Assembly: GCA_964354755.1 (NCBI GenBank)
Contig: CAYHBA010000001.1
Span: 224,009-288,008, forward strand
DNA from: an uncultured Thermoplasmata archaeon
GTDB taxonomy: Archaea > Thermoplasmatota > Thermoplasmata > SG8-5
Direction of reading: 5' to 3'
Length of the DNA stretch: 64,000 nt
Of this stretch, positions 1 through 9,701 are shown piece by piece. Below the pieces are notes generated by a model. That model worked only from the letters and a program-made list of their open reading frames with translations. It ran no database searches and was not told the DNA's origin. The translations under genes and the position numbers were made by a program. Every line of letters starts with the position of its first letter. The first letter of the stretch is position 1.

Positions 1-184
1 GCTGCTCCAGGTCCGGAGCCTCGCACTCCACCTTTTTAATTTTCAGGGGCTCGACTGTGGAAGCGTCGCACATCGTGTCGAAGAGGGCATAGGCCGCATT
101 CTCGAAAGCCTCGTCCATCGTCTTCCCGGAAGTCCTGATTAAAATATCGGCCGTGTGGTCGATTATCTGGTATCTCTCTGCCAT
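1..184 (-). CDS. Archease (RtcB cofactor), 5' end present, 3' end beyond window edge
   Basis: Minus-strand translation from ATG near 184 gives MAERYQIIDHTADILIRTSGKTMDEAFENAAYALFDTM..., matching the archease N-terminal HTADI motif. Not on the ORF track because it runs off the window. Confidence 0.7.
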   Translation of the reverse strand, partial: MAERYQIIDHTADILIRTSGKTMDEAFENAAYALFDTMCDASTVEPLKIKKVECEAPDLEQ

Positions 185-219
185 GGTGACTTGTATCTGT
201 TTCGCTGGTATTTATTACT

Positions 220-840
220 TCACCTTTCCCGCCTCTCCCTTCTCTTCCCCGGCTTGGCCTTCCTCTCGCGCTTCTCCTGCCAGACCACGAACTTGTAGCT
301 GAACACCACCAGGCCTATGAAGCCGAGTATTATCAGGACATAGTACAACGTGTAATCCTTCTCCGAGGCTTCATCGGTGTGGATTTCGACCGAATACTGG
401 ACGTCGATGCCTGAGGTGGAATTCACCTGGATGAAATAATCCCTTGAAAATCCATAGTCCGGGGGAAAGGTCCTCTCGAAATCAGTCACTGGCAGGGGTG
501 TGCTGAAGCTGACATAGTAGTTCAGCGGGTCCTCCATCTTGGACAGGTACACGGAGATATTGCCTTCCCCGACCACATGGAACTCGAAATGTATCTCCTG
601 GCCGATTTCCGCATGGACCACGTAGTATTTCCAGGGGTCCGCGGCAGTCACCGTGTCCGTGCTTTCATAGCCGGCCGGAGGGACCTCGATGGGCTCCGGA
701 ACCGTCTGAGCCAGAGCGGTCACCGATGACAGAATAATTGCCAAGGCCAAAAATACCGATAAAAATCTCAGAATCCCACCACCGCAGTCACTCTCAGCCC
801 CTGCTTCCTCTCTCCTGCACCGGCCACAATGATGCCGCAA
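220..840 (-). CDS. Hypothetical secreted/membrane-anchored protein with a signal-peptide-like segment and a C-terminal TM plus basic tail
   Basis: Track ORF 220..1011. An internal hydrophobic segment (ILRFLSVFLALAIILSSVTALA) suggests the true start is downstream. The only in-frame candidate is TTG near 840. The C-terminus has a TM helix plus a KRERK tail. Start is uncertain. Confidence 0.4.
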   Translation of the reverse strand: MRHHCGRCRREEAGAESDCGGGILRFLSVFLALAIILSSVTALAQTVPEPIEVPPAGYESTDTVTAADPWKYYVVHAEIGQEIHFEFHVVGEGNISVYLSKMEDPLNYYVSFSTPLPVTDFERTFPPDYGFSRDYFIQVNSTSGIDVQYSVEIHTDEASEKDYTLYYVLIILGFIGLVVFSYKFVVWQEKRERKAKPGKRRERRER

Positions 841-1694
841 TCCTTTCCGGCAAGCCTGGAAAACAGTTTCCCCAGCTCCTCCAGGTCCCCGTAGAGGCTC
901 CGGCCCTCTACAAAAAGGATGGCGGATTTCGGCTTCCTGGAGCCGAGGTCGAGCCACTTGGATTTCCCGAGGGTCTCGATGGCTGCGAACTCGGCATTCT
1001 CCCTGTCCCACTCGGCCGAGTCCATGGCCATGACCTTTCCCAGGGCCAGGTGTTTCTCCAGCATGCCAAGGTCATCCCTGCCGAATGACCTCAGGAAAAG
1101 GTTGACGGGCGAAGCCAGCACGCTGTTCATGACTATAAAGGCCCTGTTGATGGGCAAGTTGGGCGCTTCCGCCAGTATCATGTCGTTGGGTATGACCAGG
1201 GAGGCGTCCGCCACCTGGATGAGGGACTTCAGTTGCGCCGTGGCCCTGTCCTTCCTGGAACCGCCCTCCACGGAGAACGGGACGCTGGCGATGCAGAACC
1301 CGATGCTCCTGGATACTGCCGCCGCCCTGGCGCCCACTACCGCGCCCCAGCCCCCGCTCAGGCCCCCGAGGCCGGCAAGTATGAAAGTGATGTCCGCGCC
1401 TGCGAGAAACTGGGCCAGCTCCTTCTCGAACTCGCTTCCCGCCAGCCTCGCGGATTTGGAGGATATCATGGCGTCGGACTCCAGCTCCCTGGCGCTGGCC
1501 AGCATCTTTTTCTCTGTCCTGAGCAAGGCCATGGTCTGCTGCTCGGAGCCCACAGCCACCCGCATGGAATTGTCCGGAAGGAGACCTTCTGCCAGGATGT
1601 TGCATCCTGTCCCGCCGCAGCCGACGAAGGCGGCCTTCAGGGGCGGGCCTCTAGGGCTTTGGATGATAACTGGCTCGGGATTATCGAGAGACAT
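768..1694 (-). CDS. Divergent FtsZ/tubulin-superfamily GTPase
   Basis: N-terminal AAFVGCGGTGCNIL matches the FtsZ GGGTG-N box. ILAGLGGLSGGWGAVVG...IASVPFSVEGG...VIPND aligns to the FtsZ T4 region and to PFSFEG...VIPND. C-terminal RVTAVVGF resembles RVTVVATG. The T4 and T7 loops are non-canonical. Confidence 0.65.
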   Translation of the reverse strand: MSLDNPEPVIIQSPRGPPLKAAFVGCGGTGCNILAEGLLPDNSMRVAVGSEQQTMALLRTEKKMLASARELESDAMISSKSARLAGSEFEKELAQFLAGADITFILAGLGGLSGGWGAVVGARAAAVSRSIGFCIASVPFSVEGGSRKDRATAQLKSLIQVADASLVIPNDMILAEAPNLPINRAFIVMNSVLASPVNLFLRSFGRDDLGMLEKHLALGKVMAMDSAEWDRENAEFAAIETLGKSKWLDLGSRKPKSAILFVEGRSLYGDLEELGKLFSRLAGKDCGIIVAGAGERKQGLRVTAVVGF

Positions 1695-1889
1695 TGCAGA
1701 CTGTAATACCTGTGGAATTAAAAGGATTTGGAAAGTCCGTAGATTACCAATCTACGGTCCAAACCGTGTCTGCCGGCACATGTATCCAGTACCCGAGTAT
1801 TTTTCTTTAAATTTCCTGCGCTGGCTCGGGCTCCAAAGAAAAATATTCAGTAAATAAGAAACTCGCCACTCGCCTGCTCGGAAATTAGC

Positions 1890-4241
1890 CTACCAATCCA
1901 CTGTCCAGATGGTATCAGCCGGTACATGCACCCAGTATCCTTCTCCCGGCTTCATCACATAGTTCGGGCCAACCTCACTTATAAGAGAGGGAGAACCGGG
2001 GTCGTATGCCTCCACCCGGTCGGCGCCCGTGCCCCAGAGGGCGGTCGCGACATTTTGTTCTGTTTGGGTGGGGTAACCGACCAGGTTCCAGCCGGCATTT
2101 AATAATATATTCGTGGCGACCGGTACATTTCCATAGATTACCAGGTTACTCGATGAATTGGTAATGTGGAGCCAGAATCCCATCGTGTGGTCGATGCGGG
2201 CTAGGTCGTTGACTGAGCTTCCGACCCTGCAAGTCTTCCAGGGGTCCATAATGTCTGTGGCATTGTAATACTTGACAACGTCCCACTGGCCTGAGATGGA
2301 GGCCAGTACGTTTGGGATGGAGGAATCGGCCATTTCCAGGGGGATGGAGACGAGGTTCCAGCCAGCCGTCAGACTGATGTTGAATATTGTCAGTGGTTCC
2401 GAGTTCCAGGGGGTCATCAGCGGGTAGTTGTCCTGCGCCCCCGCACCGCCTCCGATGTTCATGTATGGAGTATCTCCAATTCCATCTGGAGGTGGAACAT
2501 CCTGGGTCGAAGTGCTGTTGAAGTCCACGCCAGTGTAGTCAGACCAATAGTTTCCACCGGAGGGATATGTTGAGTTCCATTGGTTCGTACCAGTGTCGTC
2601 AGAGGCTTGATTCGTGTTGTTGACGATGTTATTGTGATATATGGTGGTGCTACTGGAATAATTGAAGTAGACACCGTAGGCGGTGTTCGAGGAGATTGTG
2701 TTGTTAGCGATGGTATTGCCGTCGCTCTCCCAGGAGAGGCAGATGCCGTAACCGTTGTTCGAGGCGGTGTTGTCGGCAATGGTGTTGCTGCTGGAATAAT
2801 TGAGGTAGATGCCGTAGGCGGTGTTCGAGGAGATTGTGTTGTTGGCGATGGAGTTGCCGCTGGAGGAGGCGAGCTTGATGCCATACCAGATGTTCGAGGA
2901 AACGGTATTGTTAGCAATGGTGTTGTTGCTGGAAGAGCCAAGGGTGATGCCGTGATCGCTGTTCGAGGCAATGTTGCTAGTGATAGTGTTGCTACTGCAG
3001 GTGGCGAGAGAGATGCTGAAATCGCTGTTCGAGATGGTGTTGTTGGCGATGGTGTTGTTAGAGGAGCCAGAGCCAAGGGTGATGCCATACCAGTTGTTCG
3101 AGGAAACGGTGTTGTTGGCGATGGAGTTGTTGCTGGATGATCCGAGGAGTATACCGTAACCGCTGTTCGAGGCGGTGTTGTTGGCGATGGTGTTACTGCT
3201 GGAGAACTCGAGGCGAATGCCTCCTTGGTTGTTCGAGGCAATGTTGTTGGCGATGGTGTTGCTGATGGAGGAGTAGAGGGAGATGCCGAAGTTGTCGTTC
3301 GAGGAAGCGGTGTTGTTTGCGAGGAGGTTATTATCGGAGAATGCGAGAAGGATGCCAATGTTACCATCGCTAACATTCTGGTTCTCCACAATCACGTTTG
3401 TGCAGTTTGCGAGGATGACTTCACCAGCACCTGGTGGAATTGTGCCGCCGGATAGGTTCTTCCAATAATAAACTGGCTTCCCATTGACAGTATTTGATGT
3501 GTCGATAGTGTGTGTGTTAAAGTGCTCCTTTAGGTTGCCATAGATGAAAATCCCACAATCGACCATCGTGTTATCCGTTAGGGTGTTGCTGATGGACCAG
3601 TAGACGTAGATGCCGTGATTATCGTTGTTCGAGACGGTGTTGTTGACGATGGTGTTGCTGTTGGAGGAGTAGAAGTCGATGCCACCCCGGTTGTTCGAGA
3701 CGGTGTTGTTGGCGATGGTGTTGTTGCTGGAGACGTAGACATTGATGCCCCTATAGAAGTTCGAGGATGCAATGTTGTTGGCGATGGTGTTGCGATTAGA
3801 GGAATAGGTGAGTAAGATGCCGAAGAAGTTGTTTGATGCGTTGTTGCTCTCAATTTTGCCATTCGGGGTATTATACAAATATATTCCGGAATTTTCATAA
3901 TAGATTTTTGAATTTCCGCTCGCTTCATGCAAATAACAATCTCTCACCAAAAAATAATCCGTTGTATTCCCGATGTAGATACAATACCCATACCCAGTCC
4001 CGTTAATATCAAAATTCTCGATTAACCACGGATTCCCCGCAGTGCCATTCCCGCCCGTCACCTTCGGCGATGTGGCGAAATCCGCATTCGAGTTTATCCT
4101 GAACGGGGTGCTGGCAATGTAGGTCACACCATCTCTTACAACTTCTTTCCCCTCGACATTATTTCCAACATCGGTGGACATGGCCAAGGCTGACGCGACC
4201 AACGCCGCGCACAACCATACTGCAACCAGTTTCTTCCTCAT
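1890..4241 (-). CDS. Secreted cell-surface protein with right-handed parallel beta-helix (PbH1/NosD-like) repeats
   Basis: N-terminal signal peptide (MRKKLVAVWLCAALVASALA). About 25 tandem 22-23-aa repeats of the type NNTIANNT[AIV]SSN..YGI.L. The underlying DNA is near-periodic at 66-69 bp. Confidence 0.7.
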   Translation of the reverse strand: MRKKLVAVWLCAALVASALAMSTDVGNNVEGKEVVRDGVTYIASTPFRINSNADFATSPKVTGGNGTAGNPWLIENFDINGTGYGYCIYIGNTTDYFLVRDCYLHEASGNSKIYYENSGIYLYNTPNGKIESNNASNNFFGILLTYSSNRNTIANNIASSNFYRGINVYVSSNNTIANNTVSNNRGGIDFYSSNSNTIVNNTVSNNDNHGIYVYWSISNTLTDNTMVDCGIFIYGNLKEHFNTHTIDTSNTVNGKPVYYWKNLSGGTIPPGAGEVILANCTNVIVENQNVSDGNIGILLAFSDNNLLANNTASSNDNFGISLYSSISNTIANNIASNNQGGIRLEFSSSNTIANNTASNSGYGILLGSSSNNSIANNTVSSNNWYGITLGSGSSNNTIANNTISNSDFSISLATCSSNTITSNIASNSDHGITLGSSSNNTIANNTVSSNIWYGIKLASSSGNSIANNTISSNTAYGIYLNYSSSNTIADNTASNNGYGICLSWESDGNTIANNTISSNTAYGVYFNYSSSTTIYHNNIVNNTNQASDDTGTNQWNSTYPSGGNYWSDYTGVDFNSTSTQDVPPPDGIGDTPYMNIGGGAGAQDNYPLMTPWNSEPLTIFNISLTAGWNLVSIPLEMADSSIPNVLASISGQWDVVKYYNATDIMDPWKTCRVGSSVNDLARIDHTMGFWLHITNSSSNLVIYGNVPVATNILLNAGWNLVGYPTQTEQNVATALWGTGADRVEAYDPGSPSLISEVGPNYVMKPGEGYWVHVPADTIWTVDW

Positions 4242-4565
4242 TGCTCAATCCCACAGATATTTATCGATATCAAAATGTATATAGATGCTTATCGTATTTA
4301 TATGTTGAGCCTGGGACAAGTAGGCGGTTGGACCCGATGCCGGGGCTCCGAAGCCAGGTTGTATGTCGATTTAAACACCTCCCCGCCCTCCAGTTTTCAT
4401 AAAATAACATTCAGGCGAGGTTTCCTAAGGATGAAAACGGAATCGGTCATATCGCCAGATTCGTCCAATCTGGCGGTACAACCCCGCCCTTACAGGCGGG
4501 GTATGGTCGGGTTGGCAGGATTTATAGCAACAAACGTTATATATTCACCCTTCCTTCTAAACCCC

Positions 4566-5099
4566 ATGGCTAAGAAGAACGAACTGGGAATGGTCCATGT
4601 CTACACAGGGGACGGCAAGGGCAAGACAACCGCGTCGCTTGGCCTGGGAATGAGGGCCGCAGGGCACGGGTACAGGGTCCTGATGATCCAGTTCATGAAA
4701 GGGGACATCAAGTACGGGGAGCTGGAGGCGGCCAGGCATATACCCGGTTTTGAGATAAAGCAGTTCGGCAGGCCGGATTTTGTCGATAAGAAAAACCCCG
4801 CGCAGATCGACATAGACCTGGCCAGGAAGGGGCTGGAGCATGCCTGGGAGGTCATGAAAGCCGGAAAGATTGACATGCTCATCCTGGACGAGATAAACGT
4901 GGCTGTCGAGTGGGGGCTGGTTTCGGCTTCCGCCGTGGTGGAAATCGTCAAGGCCAGGCCAAGTAATATGGAAATTGTTCTGACAGGCAGGTACGCGCCC
5001 AGGGAATTCATAGAGCTGGCCGACACGGTAACAGAGATGAAAGAGGTCAAGCACCCTTACACGAAGAAGGTCATGGCCAGGAAGGGAGTGGAGTATTAG
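4566..5099 (+). CDS. cobA: ATP:cob(I)alamin adenosyltransferase (CobA/CobO/BtuR family)
   Basis: P-loop VYTGDGKGKTTASLG and a BtuR-like body. The internal ATG at 4566 matches the family length; the track ORF 4275.. is an N-terminal over-extension. Confidence 0.8.
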   Translation: MAKKNELGMVHVYTGDGKGKTTASLGLGMRAAGHGYRVLMIQFMKGDIKYGELEAARHIPGFEIKQFGRPDFVDKKNPAQIDIDLARKGLEHAWEVMKAGKIDMLILDEINVAVEWGLVSASAVVEIVKARPSNMEIVLTGRYAPREFIELADTVTEMKEVKHPYTKKVMARKGVEY

Positions 5100-6955
5100 T
5101 GTCCCCGAGCATGTGCAGGTTCCTGGCTCTCCAGATTTTGGCCGTGCTGATTCTTTCGGCACTAGCACTCCCGGGGGTTCATGGGCAGGGAGCCGATGAG
5201 AAATGGACCTTCATGGTCTACATGTCGGGCGACTCAAGCCTCGACGAGAACATGCCCGAAGACATCCGGGAGATGCAGTCCGTGGGCTCGTCCGAGATGC
5301 TGGACATCATTGTCCTGTACGATTCGTCAGGCTTCGATGACACGAAGCTCATGAAAGTGAATGCTGGGGGAACAGCCGACCTGGGACTTGGCCTAATAAA
5401 CCAGACATGGGCAGGCGAACTTGACCTGGGCGAGCCCGGGGTTCTGAGCCAGTTCGTGATATGGGCTGCGGAAACGTATCCGGCCGACAGGTACATGCTG
5501 GACCTCTGGGGCCACGGCAACGGCTGGCCAGGTATATGCCCGGACAAGGGGAACTACCTGACCCTGCCCGAGCTGAACACCGCTCTGGGGGCTGCCTCGG
5601 CCACAGGGCTCCAATTGGATCTGCTCAGCATGGACGCATGCCAGATGGGCATGATGGAGATAGCATACGATGTTCGCGACTATGCGGATTACGCCCTGCT
5701 CTCCCAGAAGGACATACCCGTGGACGGGTGGCCCTACGACCTTTTCCTGAGCAGGCTTGCAGGCAATGGCACCGTGGCCGGGAAGGGAGCGGCTATGATA
5801 GAGGACTATATCACGTGGGGGAAGGTGCACAGCTATTACTCGCTGACGCTGGCACTCATCGACCTCTCCGCGATGGAACAGCTTGCCGGGGCAGTCGACG
5901 GCTATGCCCTGGAGGCCATTTCGGATGCGGCATACTTCAACATGGAGTTCGCGGCGGCCAGGGGGCTCACCGAGAAATACGACGGCAACGCGCAGTACGA
6001 CCTAATCCATCTCCTGGAGAATGTCGACAACTGCACGCAATGCAAAAGCCTTGAGGCGCTGGCCGATGATGTCCGCTCGGCGTTCGCCGCCGCCGTTGTC
6101 CATGAGAACAGCTGGTCGAGCGCCACGGACCTGGAGAAGGCCAACCACGCCAACGGGCTCTCTGTCTGGTTCCCCATCAACGCCCCGACCTGGGACTATA
6201 TGGCGACATCGCTCGCCCGGGACACGCACTGGGACGAATTCCTGGGTTCCATGTCCGCATACTTCCAGCTTCCCGGAAGGATTGAAATTTCCTATGAAGC
6301 CGATGCGGAGCCACTGGATTCGGACGAGGACGGATTGTTGGATTCGGTGAGAATCACGCACGAATCGGCCGGGCAGAATGCCGCCAGGGTTGAGCTGTAC
6401 GGCCCTGACGGTTCTCTCTTCGCGAGGGAAACAATGGCCGGTGAAGGGGCCGCAGATATCGCGCTGGGAAACCTGGGCGCCTACCAGGCCGCAGCCTACC
6501 TCCGCGATGCGGACGGAATTCTGCTCAATTATTCATTTTTCGGCACTGGCCTTACAAAGGAGGGGCTCAGCGTCATATCCGGTCATGTCAAATCAGGCAC
6601 GGGCAGGGGCCAAAGATGGGTCAATATCGCCTTACTGGACGGGCAAGGAAACATTGTCAAATCCACTGTGACGGATTATTACGGATTCTACAGAATCGAG
6701 GTGGTCGTGCCCACTGACACGGACGGAACCGGTCTGGTTCTGGAATGCGGCCTGGGCCCGGACCGGGCAAATGTGACGGTGGGCAGCCTGGCTCCCGAAA
6801 ACGAGTACGATTTCACACTCTCGTCCGCTGGAATGGACGTGAAATGGATCGTCAGGGCCATAGGCATACTGAACCTATCGGGAATATGCTGCCTGGTCTA
6901 CTGGGCTGCCTGGGGCAGGCGTGAAAGGTCAAGGAAATTCGGCAAATCCCAATAG
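5099..6955 (+). CDS. Clostripain-like (C11 family) cysteine peptidase, secreted, with C-terminal TM anchor
   Basis: Signal peptide. His-Gly (DLWGHGNGW) and Ala-Cys (SMDACQMG) catalytic dyad motifs typical of C11/legumain-fold peptidases. C-terminal hydrophobic helix plus basic tail. The start may be ATG at 5111. Confidence 0.6.
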   Translation: MSPSMCRFLALQILAVLILSALALPGVHGQGADEKWTFMVYMSGDSSLDENMPEDIREMQSVGSSEMLDIIVLYDSSGFDDTKLMKVNAGGTADLGLGLINQTWAGELDLGEPGVLSQFVIWAAETYPADRYMLDLWGHGNGWPGICPDKGNYLTLPELNTALGAASATGLQLDLLSMDACQMGMMEIAYDVRDYADYALLSQKDIPVDGWPYDLFLSRLAGNGTVAGKGAAMIEDYITWGKVHSYYSLTLALIDLSAMEQLAGAVDGYALEAISDAAYFNMEFAAARGLTEKYDGNAQYDLIHLLENVDNCTQCKSLEALADDVRSAFAAAVVHENSWSSATDLEKANHANGLSVWFPINAPTWDYMATSLARDTHWDEFLGSMSAYFQLPGRIEISYEADAEPLDSDEDGLLDSVRITHESAGQNAARVELYGPDGSLFARETMAGEGAADIALGNLGAYQAAAYLRDADGILLNYSFFGTGLTKEGLSVISGHVKSGTGRGQRWVNIALLDGQGNIVKSTVTDYYGFYRIEVVVPTDTDGTGLVLECGLGPDRANVTVGSLAPENEYDFTLSSAGMDVKWIVRAIGILNLSGICCLVYWAAWGRRERSRKFGKSQ

Positions 6956-6985
6956 CTTATTACCTGGGCTGACGATTCCGTTCGG

Positions 6986-8209
6986 ATGAGGTTCAACGCG
7001 GATTTGCACATTCACGGCCGCTACTCAGCCGCCACGAGCTCGGACATGAATTTCCCCAATCTGGCAAAGGGCGCGGAGCAGAAAGGCGTCCAGCTCGTCG
7101 CCACCGGCGACTGCCTCCACCCGGGCTGGATGAAGGAAATCCGCGGGATGGAGGAAGTGGAGGAAGGCACGTTCCAGCAGGGCAAGACCAGGTTCTTTCT
7201 GACAACAGAAGTGGAGGCCGATAGACGGGTCCATCACCTGCTGATGTTCCCCTCGGTATCCAGCGTGGAGGATTTCACGGAGAGGCTGGGCGACGCCAAA
7301 CTGAGGTCTGACGGAAGACCCAGGATCCATTTCACCGGGGAAGAGCTGGCGCAGAGGGCAATTGACTCCGGAGCCCTCATCGGGCCGGCTCACGCGTTCA
7401 CGCCCTGGACGGGCGTTTACGCCCACTTCGGCTCCCTGAAGGGCTGCTACGGGGACCTGGCCTGTAAAATCCCCTACCTGGAGCTCGGCCTAAGCGCCAA
7501 CACAGATTACGGGGACCAGATTCCCGAACTGGCAGATGTCACATTCCTCACGAACTCGGACGCACATTCGCCCCAGCCAGTGAGGATAGGCAGAGAGTTC
7601 AACACTGTCGAGGCCAAGGACGCAACTTACCGGGAACTGGTCATGGCCATCGCTCGGAAGAAGGGCAGGAAGTTCGTTAGGAATGTCGGGCTGCCCCCCG
7701 AGGAAGGCAAGTACAACAGAAGCGCATGCTCTAGGTGCTACGCCCAGTTTGAACTGGACCGGGCGCTGGCGCTCAGGTGGAGGTGCCCCTGCGGCGGCAG
7801 CATCAAGAAGGGCGTGAGGGAAAGGGCACTGGAACTGGGCACCGGCAAGGTGAAACATCCCGACCACAGGCCCGAGTACGTGTACATGATACCGCTGGCC
7901 GAGATTATTGCCAAGGCAGTGGGACATTCATCGCCATTCACCGGGAGGGTGGACGAAATCTGGAGGGCGCTGGTCTCCGAACCGAGGACAGAGGTGGAGG
8001 TGCTCATGGAAATGCCAGCCGCTGACATCGGAAGGATAGCCGGGGAGGCCATCGCCGTGGCTGTGCAGGCCTTCAGGGGGGGGAAAATAAAAATAATCCC
8101 GGGCGGCGGGGGAAAGTACGGAACTATTCTGCTTCCTGGCCAGGAAAGACCTGCCATCCCCAAACCCGCCGGAAAGGGACAGAAGGACCTGTTCGATTTC
8201 GGGGGATAG
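6986..8209 (+). CDS. PHP-domain nuclease of the EndoQ / TIGR00375 family
   Basis: DLHIHGRYS, RRVHHLLMFP, GPAHAFTPWT, SDAHSP, Zn ribbon CSRCY...CPCGGSIKKGVRER, C-terminal IPGGGGKYG. The architecture matches archaeal endonuclease Q. Confidence 0.7.
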   Translation: MRFNADLHIHGRYSAATSSDMNFPNLAKGAEQKGVQLVATGDCLHPGWMKEIRGMEEVEEGTFQQGKTRFFLTTEVEADRRVHHLLMFPSVSSVEDFTERLGDAKLRSDGRPRIHFTGEELAQRAIDSGALIGPAHAFTPWTGVYAHFGSLKGCYGDLACKIPYLELGLSANTDYGDQIPELADVTFLTNSDAHSPQPVRIGREFNTVEAKDATYRELVMAIARKKGRKFVRNVGLPPEEGKYNRSACSRCYAQFELDRALALRWRCPCGGSIKKGVRERALELGTGKVKHPDHRPEYVYMIPLAEIIAKAVGHSSPFTGRVDEIWRALVSEPRTEVEVLMEMPAADIGRIAGEAIAVAVQAFRGGKIKIIPGGGGKYGTILLPGQERPAIPKPAGKGQKDLFDFGG

Positions 8210-8258
8210 GATTATTAGCGGCGATGCAATTTCCCCCCAATAATATTGAGGGGTAGGC

Positions 8259-9701
8259 ATGCCGGAAGACATTGTACTAGACAGGGATTTGGCCGTGAAG
8301 GCCGTGGACGCAGCGCTTGAAATGGGTGCGGAATATGCCGAGGCCAGGATGGAATCGTTCGTTTCGAACGGTCTCTTCCTGAAGAACGGGAACCCGGAGA
8401 TAGCCGGGTTCGGGACATACTCCGGCATGTGTGTAAGAGTGCTCATCCACGGGGGCATGGGCTTTGCATCGTCGGACATTCTCAACACCGATACAATGAA
8501 GTCCAGGGTCGAAACGGCCGTCAGGATGGCAAAGGCGTCGTCCAGGCTTGTCAGGGACAGGATAACGCTATCTGACGAGCCCACCCATGTCGCGGATTAT
8601 TCCGTTCCCCAGAAGAAGAAACTGGCCGATGTCGGGCTGGACGAGATTGTCAGCGCGCTCGGGCACATCGACAAGGCGATGACCGAAACTGCCCCGATCG
8701 TGAGCAGGTTCATGCAGCTGGTCATGGAGGAGAGGACCAAGTTCTTCGCCAACTCGGACGATTCGAGGATTTATTCTGTGATCCCGAGAATCGCCATCTT
8801 CACGATACCGACCATAAAGGACGGAGACAAGATGGCACAGGCCATGCTCCAGAGGGGGGTGTCAATGGGCTGGGAGTACATGGACCCCCTGGCCCGCGCC
8901 GAGGAGATATGCCACGAGATAGCCATGACGCACAAGAACATGAAGGAAGGCGTCAAGGCGCCTGCCGGAAAGATCGACATGGTGCTCGGCCCTGAAGTCG
9001 TGGGCATAGCCGCCCACGAGTCATGCGGCCATCCGTACGAAGCCGACCGCATATCAGGCAGGGAAGCCGCGCAGGCAGGAGAGTCATTCGTGAAGGCGGA
9101 CATGATGGGCACCAGGATTGGCAGCGACGCCGCCACCGTGGTGGACGACCCCACGCTCGAGAATTCCTACGGCTATTATCTGTACGACGATGAAGGCGTT
9201 AAGGCCAGGCCCAAGATCCTCATTAAAAACGGCATGATAAACGAGTTCCTGCATAACCGCGAGACCTCCTCGGCCATGGACATGGGCTCCAGCAACGGCG
9301 GGGCCAGGGCCAACAACTACAACCGCGAGGCAATTGTCAGGATGTCCAACACGTTTGTGGCGCCCGGAGACCATGCTGACGGGGAGCTGTTCGAGGGCAT
9401 AAAGCTGGGAGTTTACATGAAGAGCTTCATGGAATGGAACATCGACGACAAGCGTTACAACCAGCGTTATATCGGCAGGGAAGCTTATCTCATCGAGAAC
9501 GGGCAGGTCACGAGCCCAGTCAGGGCGCCGATACTGGAACTGACTACACCGGCGTTCTGGGCCGCGATCGACGCGGTCAGCAAGAAGCTGGAGTTCGCGG
9601 CCGCAACCTGCGGGAAGGGGGAGCCGGCCCAGGGCGTGCCCGTGTACACCGGAGGTCCGCACATCCGCCTGAGGGGCATCACCCTGGGGGTGGGAAAATG
9701 A
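8259..9701 (+). CDS. tldD: TldD-family metalloprotease
   Basis: HESCGHPYEADR (HExxxH) and the family-typical length. Translationally coupled (ATGA) to the downstream pmbA. Confidence 0.85.
   Translation: MPEDIVLDRDLAVKAVDAALEMGAEYAEARMESFVSNGLFLKNGNPEIAGFGTYSGMCVRVLIHGGMGFASSDILNTDTMKSRVETAVRMAKASSRLVRDRITLSDEPTHVADYSVPQKKKLADVGLDEIVSALGHIDKAMTETAPIVSRFMQLVMEERTKFFANSDDSRIYSVIPRIAIFTIPTIKDGDKMAQAMLQRGVSMGWEYMDPLARAEEICHEIAMTHKNMKEGVKAPAGKIDMVLGPEVVGIAAHESCGHPYEADRISGREAAQAGESFVKADMMGTRIGSDAATVVDDPTLENSYGYYLYDDEGVKARPKILIKNGMINEFLHNRETSSAMDMGSSNGGARANNYNREAIVRMSNTFVAPGDHADGELFEGIKLGVYMKSFMEWNIDDKRYNQRYIGREAYLIENGQVTSPVRAPILELTTPAFWAAIDAVSKKLEFAAATCGKGEPAQGVPVYTGGPHIRLRGITLGVGK

Noticed and set aside
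2459-3815. Multiple 60-310-aa ORFs on both strands overlapping the beta-helix gene (2459..3391, 2580..3140, 3225..3455, 3578..3928 and others)
   Set aside because: They are artefacts of the 66-69-bp tandem repeat and have low-complexity P/T/S or G/V-rich translations. The 783-aa frame has a signal peptide and a coherent PbH1 repeat fold.
9434-9697. N-terminal 88 codons of the track ORF 9434..11038
   Set aside because: The reading frame is open only because it overlaps tldD in another frame. The ATG at 9698 overlapping the tldD stop gives a canonical PmbA start.
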